From a virus (taxonomy: Duplodnaviria; Heunggongvirae; Uroviricota; Caudoviricetes), in the IMG/VR virus record IMGVR_UViG_2548876940_000021, positions 1-6,588 of that record: a DNA stretch of 6,588 nt; one strand, written 5' to 3'. Each line of letters begins with the position of its first letter. The first letter of the stretch is position 1. Below, in pieces: positions 5,333-6,588 of this stretch. The notes below the pieces were generated by a model that did not search any database, was not told the DNA's origin, and worked only from the letters and a program-made list of their open reading frames with translations. A program made the position numbers and the translations under genes.

Positions 5333-5340
5333 GTTTACGT

Positions 5341-6588
5341 CTATATTGCTGAAGGTACAGGCGTTTCCATAACTATTTGCTCGCGTTTTTTACTCAGGAA
5401 GAAAATGCCAAATAGCAACATCAGGCAGACAATACCCGAAATTGCGAAGAAAACTGTCTGGTAGCCTGCGTGGTCAAAGAGTATCCCAGTCGGCGTTGAA
5501 AGCAGCACAATCCCAAGCGAACTGGCAATTTGAAAACCAATCAGAAAGATCGTCGACGACAGGCGCTTATCAAAATTTGCCACGCTGTATTTGAAGACGG
5601 ATATGACACAAAGTGGAACCTCAATAGCATGTAACAGCTTCACTAATGAAATAATCCAGGGGTTAACGAACAGCGCGCAGGAAAGGATACGCAACGCCAT
5701 AATCACAACACCGATAAGTAATGCATTTTTTGGCCCTACCCGATTCACAAAGAAAGGAATAATCGCCATGCATAGCGCTTCGAGTACCACCTGGAATGAG
5801 TTGAGATAACCATACAGGCGCGTTCCTACATCGTGTGATTCGAATAAACCTGCATAAAAGACAGGAAAAAGTTGTTGATCAAAAATGTTATAGAAAGACC
5901 ACGTCCCCACAATAAATATGACGAAAACCCAGAAGTTTCGATCCTTGAAAACTGCGATAAAATCCTCTTTTTTTACCCCTCCCGCATCCGCCGCTACGCA
6001 CTGGTGATCCTTATCTTTAAAACACATGTTGATCATCATAAATACAGCGCCAAATAGCGAGACCAACCAGAAGTTGATATGGGGACTGATACTAAAAAAT
6101 ATGCCGGCAAAGAACGCGCCAATAGCATAGCCAAAAGATCCCCAGGCGCGCGCTGTTCCATATTCGAAATGAAAATTTCGCGCCATTTTTTCGGTGAAGC
6201 TGTCAAGCAAACCGCATCCCGCCAGATACCCCAGGCCAAAAAAGAGCGCCCCCAGAATTAGACCTACAGAAAAATTGCTTTGCAGTAACGGTTCATAAAC
6301 GTAAATCATAAACGGTCCGGTCAAGACCAGGATGAAACTCATACACCAGATGAGCGGTTTCTTCAGACCGAGTTTATCCTGAACGATGCCGTAGAACATC
6401 ATAAATAGAATGCTGGTAAACTGGTTGACCGAATAAAGTGTACCTAATTCCGTCCCTGTCAACCCTAGATGTCCTTTCAGCCAAATAGCGTATAACGACC
6501 ACCACAGCGACCAGGAAATAAAAAAGAGAAATGAGTAACTGGATGCAAAACGATAGTACGCATTTCTGAATGGAATATTCAGTGCCAT
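5341..6588 (-). CDS. MFS transporter, LacY-like oligosaccharide:H+ symporter family, 415 aa
   Basis: Long minus-strand ORF whose ATG is the last three bases of the window. The translation is hydrophobic throughout with about 12 predicted membrane spans. Motifs match LacY as recalled: GIVQDKLGLKKPLIW against LacY GLLSDKLGLRKYLLW, and FNIFDQQ...GTRLYGY...NRVGPKNALL against LacY YDVFDQQ...GTRVFGY...NRIGGKNALL. Confidence 0.85.
   Translation of the reverse strand: MALNIPFRNAYYRFASSYSFLFFISWSLWWSLYAIWLKGHLGLTGTELGTLYSVNQFTSILFMMFYGIVQDKLGLKKPLIWCMSFILVLTGPFMIYVYEPLLQSNFSVGLILGALFFGLGYLAGCGLLDSFTEKMARNFHFEYGTARAWGSFGYAIGAFFAGIFFSISPHINFWLVSLFGAVFMMINMCFKDKDHQCVAADAGGVKKEDFIAVFKDRNFWVFVIFIVGTWSFYNIFDQQLFPVFYAGLFESHDVGTRLYGYLNSFQVVLEALCMAIIPFFVNRVGPKNALLIGVVIMALRILSCALFVNPWIISLVKLLHAIEVPLCVISVFKYSVANFDKRLSSTIFLIGFQIASSLGIVLLSTPTGILFDHAGYQTVFFAISGIVCLMLLFGIFFLSKKREQIVMETPVPSAI

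Noticed and set aside
5252-6261. Five + strand ORFs (60-72 aa) overlapping the MFS permease gene
   Set aside because: All are antisense to a long, well-supported membrane-protein ORF; typical frame artifacts.
1-6588. CRISPR arrays, rRNA or tRNA genes, IS elements, retron-like msr/msd structures
   Set aside because: No regularly spaced direct repeats, no full cloverleaf-compatible tRNA, and no transposase or reverse-transcriptase-sized ORFs. Only an isolated T-loop-like 11-mer was seen, reported separately at low interest.

Overview
The window reads as the tail end of a lambdoid prophage early-left (pL-type) operon running into a chromosomal junction. Bases 1-4812 are a same-strand (+) gene chain, much of it with overlapping stop/start codons: a cIII-like peptide, a Kil-like peptide, two small unknown ORFs, a RecT-family annealing protein, a Gp157-family protein, and an 'ea'-type accessory block (tandem-HTH protein, two small overlapping ORFs, an Ead/Ea22-like protein with a DUF551-type C-terminus, an ASCH/PUA-like protein). 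Then come a visibly AT-rich single-gene insertion (63 aa) with its own promoter-like element and hairpin/T-tract terminator, a 114-aa gene bracketed by two terminator-like hairpins, and an AlpA/excisionase-like HTH gene. No integrase follows; about 530 bp of repeat-bearing non-coding DNA leads to a convergent LacY-family MFS permease (minus strand, 5341-6588). All family assignments come from reading the translations and recalled motifs; no database search was run. The best candidates for an undescribed accessory function are the AT-rich 63-aa cassette and the terminator-insulated 114-aa gene, with the 103-aa ORF at the Gam position and the RecT/Gp157 pair lacking an exonuclease as secondary candidates.
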